Below the pieces are notes generated by a model, which made no database searches, was not told the origin of the DNA, and saw only the letters and a program-made list of their open reading frames with translations. A DNA stretch of 64,000 nucleotides, taken from the NCBI GenBank assembly GCA_042219045.1, contig JBDGQO010000049.1, positions 20,731 through 84,730 on the forward strand, given 5' to 3'. Position numbers and translations under genes: made by a program. Source of the DNA: Candidatus Bipolaricaulia bacterium. Lineage in GTDB: Bacteria > Bipolaricaulota > Bipolaricaulia > RBG-16-55-9. Position 1 is the stretch's first letter. Each line of letters begins with the position of its first letter. Below are positions 16,880-24,246 of this stretch, piece after piece.

Positions 16880-16972
16880 TACAGACCACCGCACAAGTCG
16901 AGTCAACCGACGGTCGCAACGCTGGCCCCGCTGACAGCAACTGACTTGACCGGACTTTCGCGGTGATCAGTA
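16880..16972 (+). repeat. Copy B of the about 92-bp palindromic intergenic repeat
   Basis: TACAGACCACCGCACAAGTCGAGTCAACC...GACTTGACCGGACTTTCGCGGTGATCAGTA. See copies at 12197-12289 and 58118-58208. Confidence 0.85.
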
Positions 16973-16992
16973 ATGTCGTCGTGGACACGTCG

Positions 16993-17670
16993 TCAATCGA
17001 CGACAACCGTCTCCAGCCGGAAGCCATGGCGCCCCCGGCGCATGTGCGCGCGTCGAGAGATTCCGCCGCGGCTAGCTTCATGACAGTGCCTCAGTAACGC
17101 CTTGATCCGCTGAGTTAGGTCCCGATGCTCATCCAGGACCCATGTTTCGATTGACGTGTCAACCTCGTCGGTCAGCTCGGCGATCGGATAGCGCACGATG
17201 GCCTGGGGGGGTCTAGGCGAACCTTTGAGCTCTCGTGGCCGGTCGCCGGCCGAAGGCTGCCACACGCAGAGCTTCGAGCACGCCTGGCCCTGACTTGCGA
17301 GAAAGATCTGCGTCGACTCCACGTCGTCCAGTTGCGAAACCTCCGTTAAGATCGGCATGTGTCGTTTAATCAGGCGCTTGGCTTCCCGGTACGTCAGGCC
17401 CGGCCTTCCGTGGCCGGTCGTTTCGATGTCGTTCAACACCCGATAGCGATCCGTGGCCTCGTCGATCCGCCACCCAACGAGCCGCGCCAGGATGGCGTTG
17501 GCATACAAGGCATCGCCGCAAGCGCCCACCGCCAACGCGTCGTTGATCCGGATCGACTTCACGACGTCGGTATGTGGCGCCAGTGCGGGGTCGCTCGGCC
17601 AAGCCAAACAGTCCGTGATCAGGATCGCATCGCCCGCTTGACCGCCGACCATCCCCACGATGAGCGTCAT
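16993..17670 (-). CDS. Hypothetical protein, putative proteasome/HslV-like Ntn-hydrolase fold
   Basis: Starts MTLIVGM (Thr directly after the initiator Met), then DAILITD and VVKSIRINDALAVGACGDALYA. These resemble the T1...D17...K33...G-A-G layout of HslV/proteasome beta subunits. No clear SD. Confidence 0.45.
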   Translation of the reverse strand: MTLIVGMVGGQAGDAILITDCLAWPSDPALAPHTDVVKSIRINDALAVGACGDALYANAILARLVGWRIDEATDRYRVLNDIETTGHGRPGLTYREAKRLIKRHMPILTEVSQLDDVESTQIFLASQGQACSKLCVWQPSAGDRPRELKGSPRPPQAIVRYPIAELTDEVDTSIETWVLDEHRDLTQRIKALLRHCHEASRGGISRRAHMRRGRHGFRLETVVVD

Positions 17671-17738
17671 GGCGTCTCAACCTAGCAGAGAACCTCCATT
17701 GGGCAAACCGTTCAGGTGCCCGATGCGGGAGGGCCCGA

Positions 17739-17767
17739 TTGAAATAAGCCGTTGCTAATACTAAAAT
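17739..17767 (+). promoter_or_regulatory. Candidate sigma70 promoter TTGAAA-N17-TAAAAT upstream of the permease gene
   Basis: Near-consensus hexamers in an AT-rich 160-bp divergent intergenic region. Confidence 0.4.
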
Positions 17768-17829
17768 TAGCTTTACCAAAAATCGAGGCTTCGGCTAGCT
17801 GACCAGCTCGTCATAGGGAGTGAACGAGG

Positions 17830-19038
17830 TTGAACGAGATCGTCGAAATTTTCGTCTTGTCGGTCCGGGACGGCTTCGTCCAGGTCAGCGCGTTCGTCGC
17901 CGTAACGGTCTTGCTGTTCAGCTACATCCAGTACCGCACGCACGGCAAGCTCATGGCCAAGCTGCGGGCCCGGCGACGGATCCAGCCGTTGGTGGGCGCG
18001 TTGATGGGGCTGACGCCCGGCTGCGGCGGTGCCATCGTCATGATGCCGCTCTACGTCCGGGGAACGGTCAGCTTCGGAACGGTCGTGTCGACGTTGGCCG
18101 CTACCGCCGGGGACTCCGCGTTCGTCATCCTGGCGCTCGCCCCGAAAGCCGCGCTCTATGTGTATGCCATGGCGTTTGCTGCCGCGTTGATCTTCGGCTA
18201 CGCCATCGACGTCTTCGGCCTCGGCGTCGGCCACATGGACAAGGCCGTCGAGACCTCGGACGACACAGCTCAGCCCGCCTTCGTCTGGAGCGCCAATCCC
18301 GCGCACGATTATCAGGGCCCCTCGCCGACTCACTCCCATCCGACGGGCCCGGATCGCGCTTCCCCGATCCTGACGCCGCTCAGCCAAGCGGTCCACTGGC
18401 TCTGGTGGCTGACGGCGTTGTTTGCGCTCTATTTGGGCATCAGCTATCTCGCCCAAGGCGGGCCCGAGGTGCCGCTCGCGCTGGGCCTGTCGTTTTCGGG
18501 AGGGTTCACGATCGTCGGAATTGCCGGCACGACGCTGTCGTTCTATCTCTACTTCGTCGGGCGCCACTTTATCGGCGAAGGGAAGATCGGCCAAGCGCGG
18601 GAGTCGTTTGCCAACTTGACCGACACGCTCCAGCACGCCGCGATGGAGACCAGCTTCGTGACCGTCTGGGTCCTGGCGGCGTATCTGATCTACGAATACC
18701 CGGTGGCGCTGTTCAATCTCGACATTGCGGCAATGGCTGCGAGCGCAGGCGTCTTCGCGCCGATCGCGGGCGCAGCCGTTGGGCTCATTCCCGGATGCGG
18801 GCCGCAGATCGTCTTGGCCGGTGCCTACGCGCAGGGCGCGATCCCCATCTCGGCGCTCGCGGCCAATGCGATCAGCCAGGACGGCGATGCGCTCTTTCCC
18901 CTGCTGGCCATCGACCGCAAAGCGGCAATTCTGGCGACGATCTACACGGCGATCCCGGCGCTGGTCGTGGGGCTACTGCTCTACTTCCTTTGGGAACCCG
19001 TCCTGGGATTGCCGTCGTTCGGCTTCGGCGCGCTGTGA
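17830..19038 (+). CDS. Putative metal-ion permease (10-TM, ArsP_2/'putative Mn transporter'-like)
   Basis: Polytopic membrane protein with an internal two-fold repeat. Each half carries a G-L-x-P-G-C-G motif (GLTPGCGGAI / GLIPGCGPQI). TTG start. Confidence 0.5.
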   Translation: MNEIVEIFVLSVRDGFVQVSAFVAVTVLLFSYIQYRTHGKLMAKLRARRRIQPLVGALMGLTPGCGGAIVMMPLYVRGTVSFGTVVSTLAATAGDSAFVILALAPKAALYVYAMAFAAALIFGYAIDVFGLGVGHMDKAVETSDDTAQPAFVWSANPAHDYQGPSPTHSHPTGPDRASPILTPLSQAVHWLWWLTALFALYLGISYLAQGGPEVPLALGLSFSGGFTIVGIAGTTLSFYLYFVGRHFIGEGKIGQARESFANLTDTLQHAAMETSFVTVWVLAAYLIYEYPVALFNLDIAAMAASAGVFAPIAGAAVGLIPGCGPQIVLAGAYAQGAIPISALAANAISQDGDALFPLLAIDRKAAILATIYTAIPALVVGLLLYFLWEPVLGLPSFGFGAL

Positions 19039-19122
19039 TCAACCACGACGGCTGGCGTTGCCCGAGTGAAGCTAGGGCGGGGCGAAGTCGCGCGAGGGTC
19101 GGCCGCGCAAGCGCGGATGAGG

Positions 19123-20034
19123 TCAGTCGCTCGGGGCAGGCGGGGAGGCCGGTGCCGAGCGCTGCGTCCGACGGTTGACCGCCCAGACGCCCGATGCGAC
19201 CAGGGCCGTCCCCAGGCCCAAGCGCCAGTCAAGCGGCTCGTTCAGAAACGTCACCCCGAGCAGCACGCCGACGATCGGCATGACGTAGGTGACCATGACG
19301 GTGCGCGTGGGGCCGGCGCGCTGGATGAGGCCGAAGTAGATGAGATACGCCACGCAGGATCCCAAGAGCCCGAGCCAGGCGAGCGCGAGCCACGTCAGGG
19401 GATTCCGGGGGACGATCACGGGCGATTCGACGGCAGGAACCGAGAGCCAGAGCGCCGTGTCCGCGACCAGGACGATCATCAATGCCTGAAACATGGGCGC
19501 GACGTCGCCCAAGTTGCGCCGAGCGAACACTGAACTGCCCGCGTAACAGATCGCGGCCCCGAGCACGGCCAGTTGGCCGACGATGCTCTGGTCGAAACCC
19601 GCCGGCCCGACGTCGCGGCTCATCAGGGCGACCACGCCGCCAAAGCCCGCCATAAGCCCGGCAAACCGCATCCACGTCATGCGCTCATCGTGTAGGATGA
19701 AATGGGCAATCAAGAGCGTGAACAGCGGCACCGTGCCGTTCAGAATCGACGCAACGCCCGAGTCGATATGGGTTTCACCCCACGAGATCAGCACGAACGG
19801 CACCGCGGTGTTGGTGAACCCGAGCACGAGCAGCGTCAGCCAAGTCCGGCGCTCGCGCGGCATGGGCGGGCGCTTGATCGCCACGATGGCGATGAGCCCG
19901 ACCGCCCCGAACAACAGTCGGTAGGCGACGAGGGTGACGGGGCCGACTTCCTGGACGGCGATCTTGATCCAGAGGAACGACGATCCCCAGATGAGCGCGA
20001 GCAGGCTGAACAGGAGCCAGTCTTTTGCGTGCAT
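19123..20034 (-). CDS. EamA/DMT-family transporter
   Basis: 10-TM protein. The N-terminus LLALIWGSSFLWIKIAV is typical of EamA repeats. Confidence 0.8.
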   Translation of the reverse strand: MHAKDWLLFSLLALIWGSSFLWIKIAVQEVGPVTLVAYRLLFGAVGLIAIVAIKRPPMPRERRTWLTLLVLGFTNTAVPFVLISWGETHIDSGVASILNGTVPLFTLLIAHFILHDERMTWMRFAGLMAGFGGVVALMSRDVGPAGFDQSIVGQLAVLGAAICYAGSSVFARRNLGDVAPMFQALMIVLVADTALWLSVPAVESPVIVPRNPLTWLALAWLGLLGSCVAYLIYFGLIQRAGPTRTVMVTYVMPIVGVLLGVTFLNEPLDWRLGLGTALVASGVWAVNRRTQRSAPASPPAPSD

Positions 20035-20120
20035 GGCGGTTTCCTTTGGGAGGGCTCCCGTGAGGAGGACTCGGAGACCCCGGCCGGAAGCTCCAGTTTA
20101 GGCGTTCGGAACGAGGGCGT

Positions 20121-20543
20121 TCAAGTGGGCAAATGATACAGCATCCAGTAGACGAGCCAGCCCGTGATCGCCACGTAGAGCCAACTGGGAAACGTCCAGC
20201 GGGCGATCCGTTTGTGGCGGGCATAGTCGCCGCGGAAGGCGCGACGGACCGTGACGATGGCCATGGGTATGATGGCGATGGCCATAATGATATGCGTGAT
20301 CAGCACAACGTAGTAGACGGCCTCGATCCAGCCCTCGCCCGTGAACAGGGCGGAGCCGTACAGCGCCCAGCGAATCACGTAGACGATGAGAAAGCCGACG
20401 GCCAGCAACGCCGCCGTCAGCATGAAGCGTTTGTGCCAACTGACGCGACCGCCCTTGATGAAGCCGAAGCCGACCAATAGACAGACGCCGCTGGTGGCGA
20501 TGAGCGCCGCGTCGAGAGCGGGAAGCACGGACTCCCAATTCAT
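20121..20543 (-). CDS. DUF420 membrane protein (CtaM-like oxidase assembly factor)
   Basis: 4-TM protein (HKRFMLTAALLAVGFLIVY, AIIPMAIVTVRRAF, HKRIARWTFPSWLYV). Last gene of the cox operon. Start at internal ATG 20543, 1 nt after the ctaB stop. Confidence 0.75.
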   Translation of the reverse strand: MNWESVLPALDAALIATSGVCLLVGFGFIKGGRVSWHKRFMLTAALLAVGFLIVYVIRWALYGSALFTGEGWIEAVYYVVLITHIIMAIAIIPMAIVTVRRAFRGDYARHKRIARWTFPSWLYVAITGWLVYWMLYHLPT

Positions 20544-20544
20544 A

Positions 20545-21441
20545 TCAGAACACGAACAGCGACCCCATGAGCGCGCCCATGTAGGCGATGGAGTAGAAGA
20601 AGACGTGGCGGGCCTTGGCATCCACAATGTCGGTCGTCGTCGAATCCGTCCGCCAGAGGCGCAGCGCCAGGGCGACGAAGCCGCTCCCGAGCATCACCGC
20701 GACGAGGCCGTACCCCCAGCCGACGGGGCCAAACGGGATCAACAGCAGCGATATCGGTAACAGTGCCAGCGTGTAGACCAGGATCTGGCGTTGCGTGATG
20801 CGGTTGCCATGGACGACGGGCAGCACCTTGAAGCCGGCGCGCCGGTACTCGGCCTGTTTGTAGAGCGACAGGGCCCAGAAGTGCGGCGGCTGCCACAGGA
20901 ACAGAATGGCGAAAAGCGCCAGGGCGCCCGCGTCCAGTTGCCCCGTCACCGCGACCCAGCCGATCACGGGCGGAATCGCGCCGGGCACGCCGCCCACGAC
21001 GGTGCACAAGGGCGAGGTGCGCTTCAGCCATGCCGTGTAGATGCCCACGTACGAGATCATCCCGACCAGCGCCAGGAGCGCGCTGAGCGGGTTGACGAGC
21101 AGGCCCAGCGTCGCCAGCGCCGCGGCGGCCAGGATGCTGCCGAAGACGCCGGCTTCCGCCGGCCGGAGTCGGCCTGTCGGCAACGGCCGGGTGGCCGTGC
21201 GTTCCATCAGCGTGTCCAAGTCGCGGTCGAGAACGTTGTTGAACACCGCGGCCGAGCTCGTGGCGAGCGCGGTCCCCACGAGCGCGAACGCCAACGTGGC
21301 GAACGTGGGCAGCCCGCTGGAGGCGAGCCAGAGGCCGGCCAGCGACGTGAAGACCATCAGGCCCGTGATACCGGGCTTGGTCAACTCGACGTAGTCGGCG
21401 ATGACGCGGCGCGCTGATGCCGCGGCGGGAAGGGCCTGCAT
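20545..21441 (-). CDS. ctaB: Protoheme IX farnesyltransferase (heme O synthase)
   Basis: UbiA-family motifs (YVELTKPGIT, NNVLDRDLD, TATRPLPTG, WQPPHFWALS). Start placed at ATG 21441, because the upstream part of ORF 20545..21771 is Arg-rich shadow sequence. Confidence 0.85.
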   Translation of the reverse strand: MQALPAAASARRVIADYVELTKPGITGLMVFTSLAGLWLASSGLPTFATLAFALVGTALATSSAAVFNNVLDRDLDTLMERTATRPLPTGRLRPAEAGVFGSILAAAALATLGLLVNPLSALLALVGMISYVGIYTAWLKRTSPLCTVVGGVPGAIPPVIGWVAVTGQLDAGALALFAILFLWQPPHFWALSLYKQAEYRRAGFKVLPVVHGNRITQRQILVYTLALLPISLLLIPFGPVGWGYGLVAVMLGSGFVALALRLWRTDSTTTDIVDAKARHVFFYSIAYMGALMGSLFVF

Positions 21442-21494
21442 CAGCGCACCGCCTTTCTCAATGCGGGCATCGATCCTCTCATCCGACGCGAGCG

Positions 21495-22193
21495 TCAGCT
21501 GTCGCCGTCGCCCTTGGGCGTCGACTCGGATAGACTTTTGATGTAGGCGATCAACGCCTGCAGGTCCTCTTCGCTGATCTGGGATTTGTCGTAGGGCTGC
21601 ATGACGTTGGCCGGATACCCTTTGTGGATCTGGTCGTTCGGATTGCGAACCGAGTTCTTCACGTATGTCTCGTCGAAGGCGACCGTCTTGCCGCTTTTCA
21701 GTGTCACCTCGTTGCCGTAGGCGTTCTTCCAGGTCGGCCCCACCATTTGGGAACCGTCGGGGCTGTGGCAACCGAGGCAGCCGTTGGTCTGCGCCACCAT
21801 CTGACCGCGCTTGACAAGGCTCACCTCATCCTCGGACGCCCCGTCGCCCTGCTGATTGTCCGTCTGCTCGTCCGACGTCTCTCCGGATTGGGCTTGCTCG
21901 TCCTCCTGCTTGCCCGTGTCCGTGCCGTCGGCCATGCCGTCCTGTTTCTGATCCGATGTCGCTTCCTCGTCCTGAGTGTCTGACGCCTCAGACCCCTGTT
22001 GCTCTTGGTCGGTCACTTGATCTTGGGCCTGTTGGTTCTGTTTGGAGGCTGTCTCCTCCTTGCTCTTGTCGACCAGGGGTTTGTCGGCTTCGCCGCCGCA
22101 GCCAGCCAGGCCGACGACGAGCCCGAACGACAGGAGCAACGCCAGGGCGAGTATGGGAACACGGAGCTTCGGCTCGAGCGCTCGAGCGAGCAC
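21495..22193 (-). CDS. Membrane-tethered (lipoprotein) class I cytochrome c
   Basis: Lipobox LAGC, an about 90-aa acidic Q/D/E/T-rich linker and a C-terminal CLGCHS heme c domain paralogous to the CoxII C-terminus. The GTG start overlaps the upstream stop by 1 nt. Confidence 0.85.
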   Translation of the reverse strand: MLARALEPKLRVPILALALLLSFGLVVGLAGCGGEADKPLVDKSKEETASKQNQQAQDQVTDQEQQGSEASDTQDEEATSDQKQDGMADGTDTGKQEDEQAQSGETSDEQTDNQQGDGASEDEVSLVKRGQMVAQTNGCLGCHSPDGSQMVGPTWKNAYGNEVTLKSGKTVAFDETYVKNSVRNPNDQIHKGYPANVMQPYDKSQISEEDLQALIAYIKSLSESTPKGDGDS

Positions 22194-22459
22194 TAGTCCC
22201 CCTCCTTTCGGTTCGACGTGCCGTTCTGATGGGGGTCATGCGGTTCCGATCGTTGCTGTTGGCGGTAGGCTCGGTAGATACGGTAGACGATCAGGCCAAT
22301 CACCAGATACGGGATCGGCATGATGATGTAGAGTCCCCACGCGGTCGGGCCGAGCAAGTCGCTCAGCCCTTCGCGCAGCGTGTGGAACGCGCCGGCCGAC
22401 GGACTCAGGACGACGAGCGTCCAGGTCGTTAATGCCAGAATCCAACTCACACGTCGCAT
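22193..22459 (-). CDS. Hypothetical small membrane protein within the cox operon
   Basis: 88 aa with two predicted TM helices, tightly packed between CoxIV and cytochrome c. No family recognised. Confidence 0.5.
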   Translation of the reverse strand: MRRVSWILALTTWTLVVLSPSAGAFHTLREGLSDLLGPTAWGLYIIMPIPYLVIGLIVYRIYRAYRQQQRSEPHDPHQNGTSNRKEGD

Positions 22460-22474
22460 CGCGGGCTCGTCTCC

Positions 22475-22819
22475 TTACGGGCTCTCGACGAAGATCTCGC
22501 GAAGCCCGAAGATGTATTGGCCTTCTGCAGCTAGAATACCGGCCAGCGCCAGTAGGAGCAACGGTGGCAGCAGAATAGCTAGAATTAAGCTAAGCCGCTC
22601 AAATTTGACGTGCATGAAATAGGCCATAATGGTGCCGGCTTTGATCAGACTGAACGATGTCGCTAGGAACCGTTTGAGCGCCACGTTCATCTCCGCAATG
22701 TCGCTGAAGTAAAGCACCGCGCTCAACACGAACAACAATCCCCAGACTTTGAGATACGTGTTGATGGGAGGGTGCTTGTGCTCGTCGGCATGCGAAGCCG
22801 TTGCTGTCTCTTGAGCCAT
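22475..22819 (-). CDS. ctaF: Cytochrome c oxidase subunit IV (prokaryotic CoxIV/CtaF-type)
   Basis: EHKHPPINTYLKVWGLLFVLS plus three TM helices. ATG 22819 is preceded by GGTGA (the track uses TTG 22825). Confidence 0.75.
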   Translation of the reverse strand: MAQETATASHADEHKHPPINTYLKVWGLLFVLSAVLYFSDIAEMNVALKRFLATSFSLIKAGTIMAYFMHVKFERLSLILAILLPPLLLLALAGILAAEGQYIFGLREIFVESP

Positions 22820-22825
22820 CGTCAA

Positions 22826-23536
22826 TCACCAGAGATAAAAGAAGTTGAAAATGAATACCCAGACGAGGTCGACGAAGTGCCAATACAGCCCGGCGATCTC
22901 CACACGCTCGTAGTTGCCCGTCCGATCATAGACGCCGCGCGCAGCCTGCGAGGCGATGATCGCCAGGTAGATCACCCCAATGGTGACGTGGAGCCCGTGG
23001 AATCCAGTCAGCATGAAGAACGAGGCCCCGAACTGGTCCGCGCCCATGGGCGTATCCCACGGCCGAATGCCTTCGACGAAGATCAGCCCCGTCCACTCGA
23101 ACGCCTGCATGAGCACGAACGTACTGCCGATCAGCGCTGTCAAGACAACAAACAGGGCCGTCTTGGCGCGCTCCCGCTTGTAGGCGTAGTTGACGGCGAT
23201 TGCCATGGTGCCGCTGCTGCTGATCAGGATGAACGTCATGATGGCGATGAGCACCAACGGCACGTCCGCACCGAAGACATGGAGCGCAAACACTTCGCTG
23301 GTATCGGGCCATTCGGCGGTCGTCGTGATACGGGCGGCGAGGTAGCTGATCAAAAAGGAGCCGAAGACGAAGGCGTCGCTGACGAGGAAAAGCCACATCA
23401 TCGCCTTCCCCCAGCTCACCTGGAACATGCGCCTGTCGACGATCAGGTCGTGGAAGAGCTCGCGCAGGCGGGGCGGCAGTAAGTTCCCCTGACGCTCGCG
23501 TTGCTCCATGGCCTCGGACTGGGTCTCTTGATCCAT
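22826..23536 (-). CDS. ctaE: Cytochrome c oxidase subunit III
   Basis: WLFLVSDAFVFG, FMLTGFHGLHVTIGV, AGLYWHFVDLVWVFIF. Start at internal ATG 23536. Confidence 0.85.
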   Translation of the reverse strand: MDQETQSEAMEQRERQGNLLPPRLRELFHDLIVDRRMFQVSWGKAMMWLFLVSDAFVFGSFLISYLAARITTTAEWPDTSEVFALHVFGADVPLVLIAIMTFILISSSGTMAIAVNYAYKRERAKTALFVVLTALIGSTFVLMQAFEWTGLIFVEGIRPWDTPMGADQFGASFFMLTGFHGLHVTIGVIYLAIIASQAARGVYDRTGNYERVEIAGLYWHFVDLVWVFIFNFFYLW

Positions 23537-23562
23537 CCGCTTGGTCCCCCGTTTCGTCGGTG

Positions 23563-24246
23563 TTAGGTCGTTAACGTCATCATGACGAACATGATCAGCC
23601 AGATGCCCAGCAGGAAGTGCCAATAGAATGCACAGAGCTCGATTCGCAGGCTCGTCTGCGCCGGGTCCGTCGTTTCCCGTCGCGCTCGGCGCTCCGTCCA
23701 GAGCCAGGCGAACAGCCCTCCGAGCAAGTGGACGCCATGGATGGCCGTGATGACGTAGAAGAACCCGGCCGACGGGTTGCCCGTCAGGCTGATGCCGAGT
23801 TGCTCGAGCCGAAGCCAGGCGGCCAGCTGGCCGACCATGAACAGTACGCCGAGGGCGCCGGCCGTGTAGAACCAGCGCCGAACCCGCCCCCACGATACCG
23901 CGGTGCGGCGAGCATGCCACGACGCGAGCTGGATCGCGATGCTGCTGGCGATCAAGACGCCGGTGTTGAGCCAGAGCGTCCAGGGCGTCGGGATCGAACC
24001 CCAGTCAGGCCAGCCCATGCGGACGACATAGGCGCTCGTCAACGCGGAGAAGATCAGCGTCGGCGCCACCATGAAGATCCAGAGGGTAAGCTTCGCCGTC
24101 GGGATCGGCAGCGCACCGCCGCCCGACGGGCCTCGCCCGCCGTTGTCGCCGTAGCCGATGCCGTGGCCGTTGCCGTTGCGTCCGTCGCCGTGGCCGTTCT
24201 GGCCGTTGATGTGCTGCGACCGGGAATCTTGGAGCTTGGGGCTCAT
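23563..24246 (-). CDS. Cytochrome c oxidase subunit III-like paralogue with a Gly/Asn/His-rich N-terminal extension
   Basis: FYVITAIHGVHLLGGL and CAFYWHFLLGIWLIMF motifs. N-terminus NGQNGHGDGRNGNGHGIGYGDNGG. The ATG overlaps the CoxI stop (ATGA). Confidence 0.8.
   Translation of the reverse strand: MSPKLQDSRSQHINGQNGHGDGRNGNGHGIGYGDNGGRGPSGGGALPIPTAKLTLWIFMVAPTLIFSALTSAYVVRMGWPDWGSIPTPWTLWLNTGVLIASSIAIQLASWHARRTAVSWGRVRRWFYTAGALGVLFMVGQLAAWLRLEQLGISLTGNPSAGFFYVITAIHGVHLLGGLFAWLWTERRARRETTDPAQTSLRIELCAFYWHFLLGIWLIMFVMMTLTT

Noticed and set aside
16870-16911. Extra inverted repeat GTCGGTTGAC / GTCAACCGAC, pairing the left flank of repeat copy B with its interior. This could extend the element.
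   Set aside because: It is present only at copy B and not at copies A or C, so it is more likely coincidental or a local feature than part of the repeat unit.
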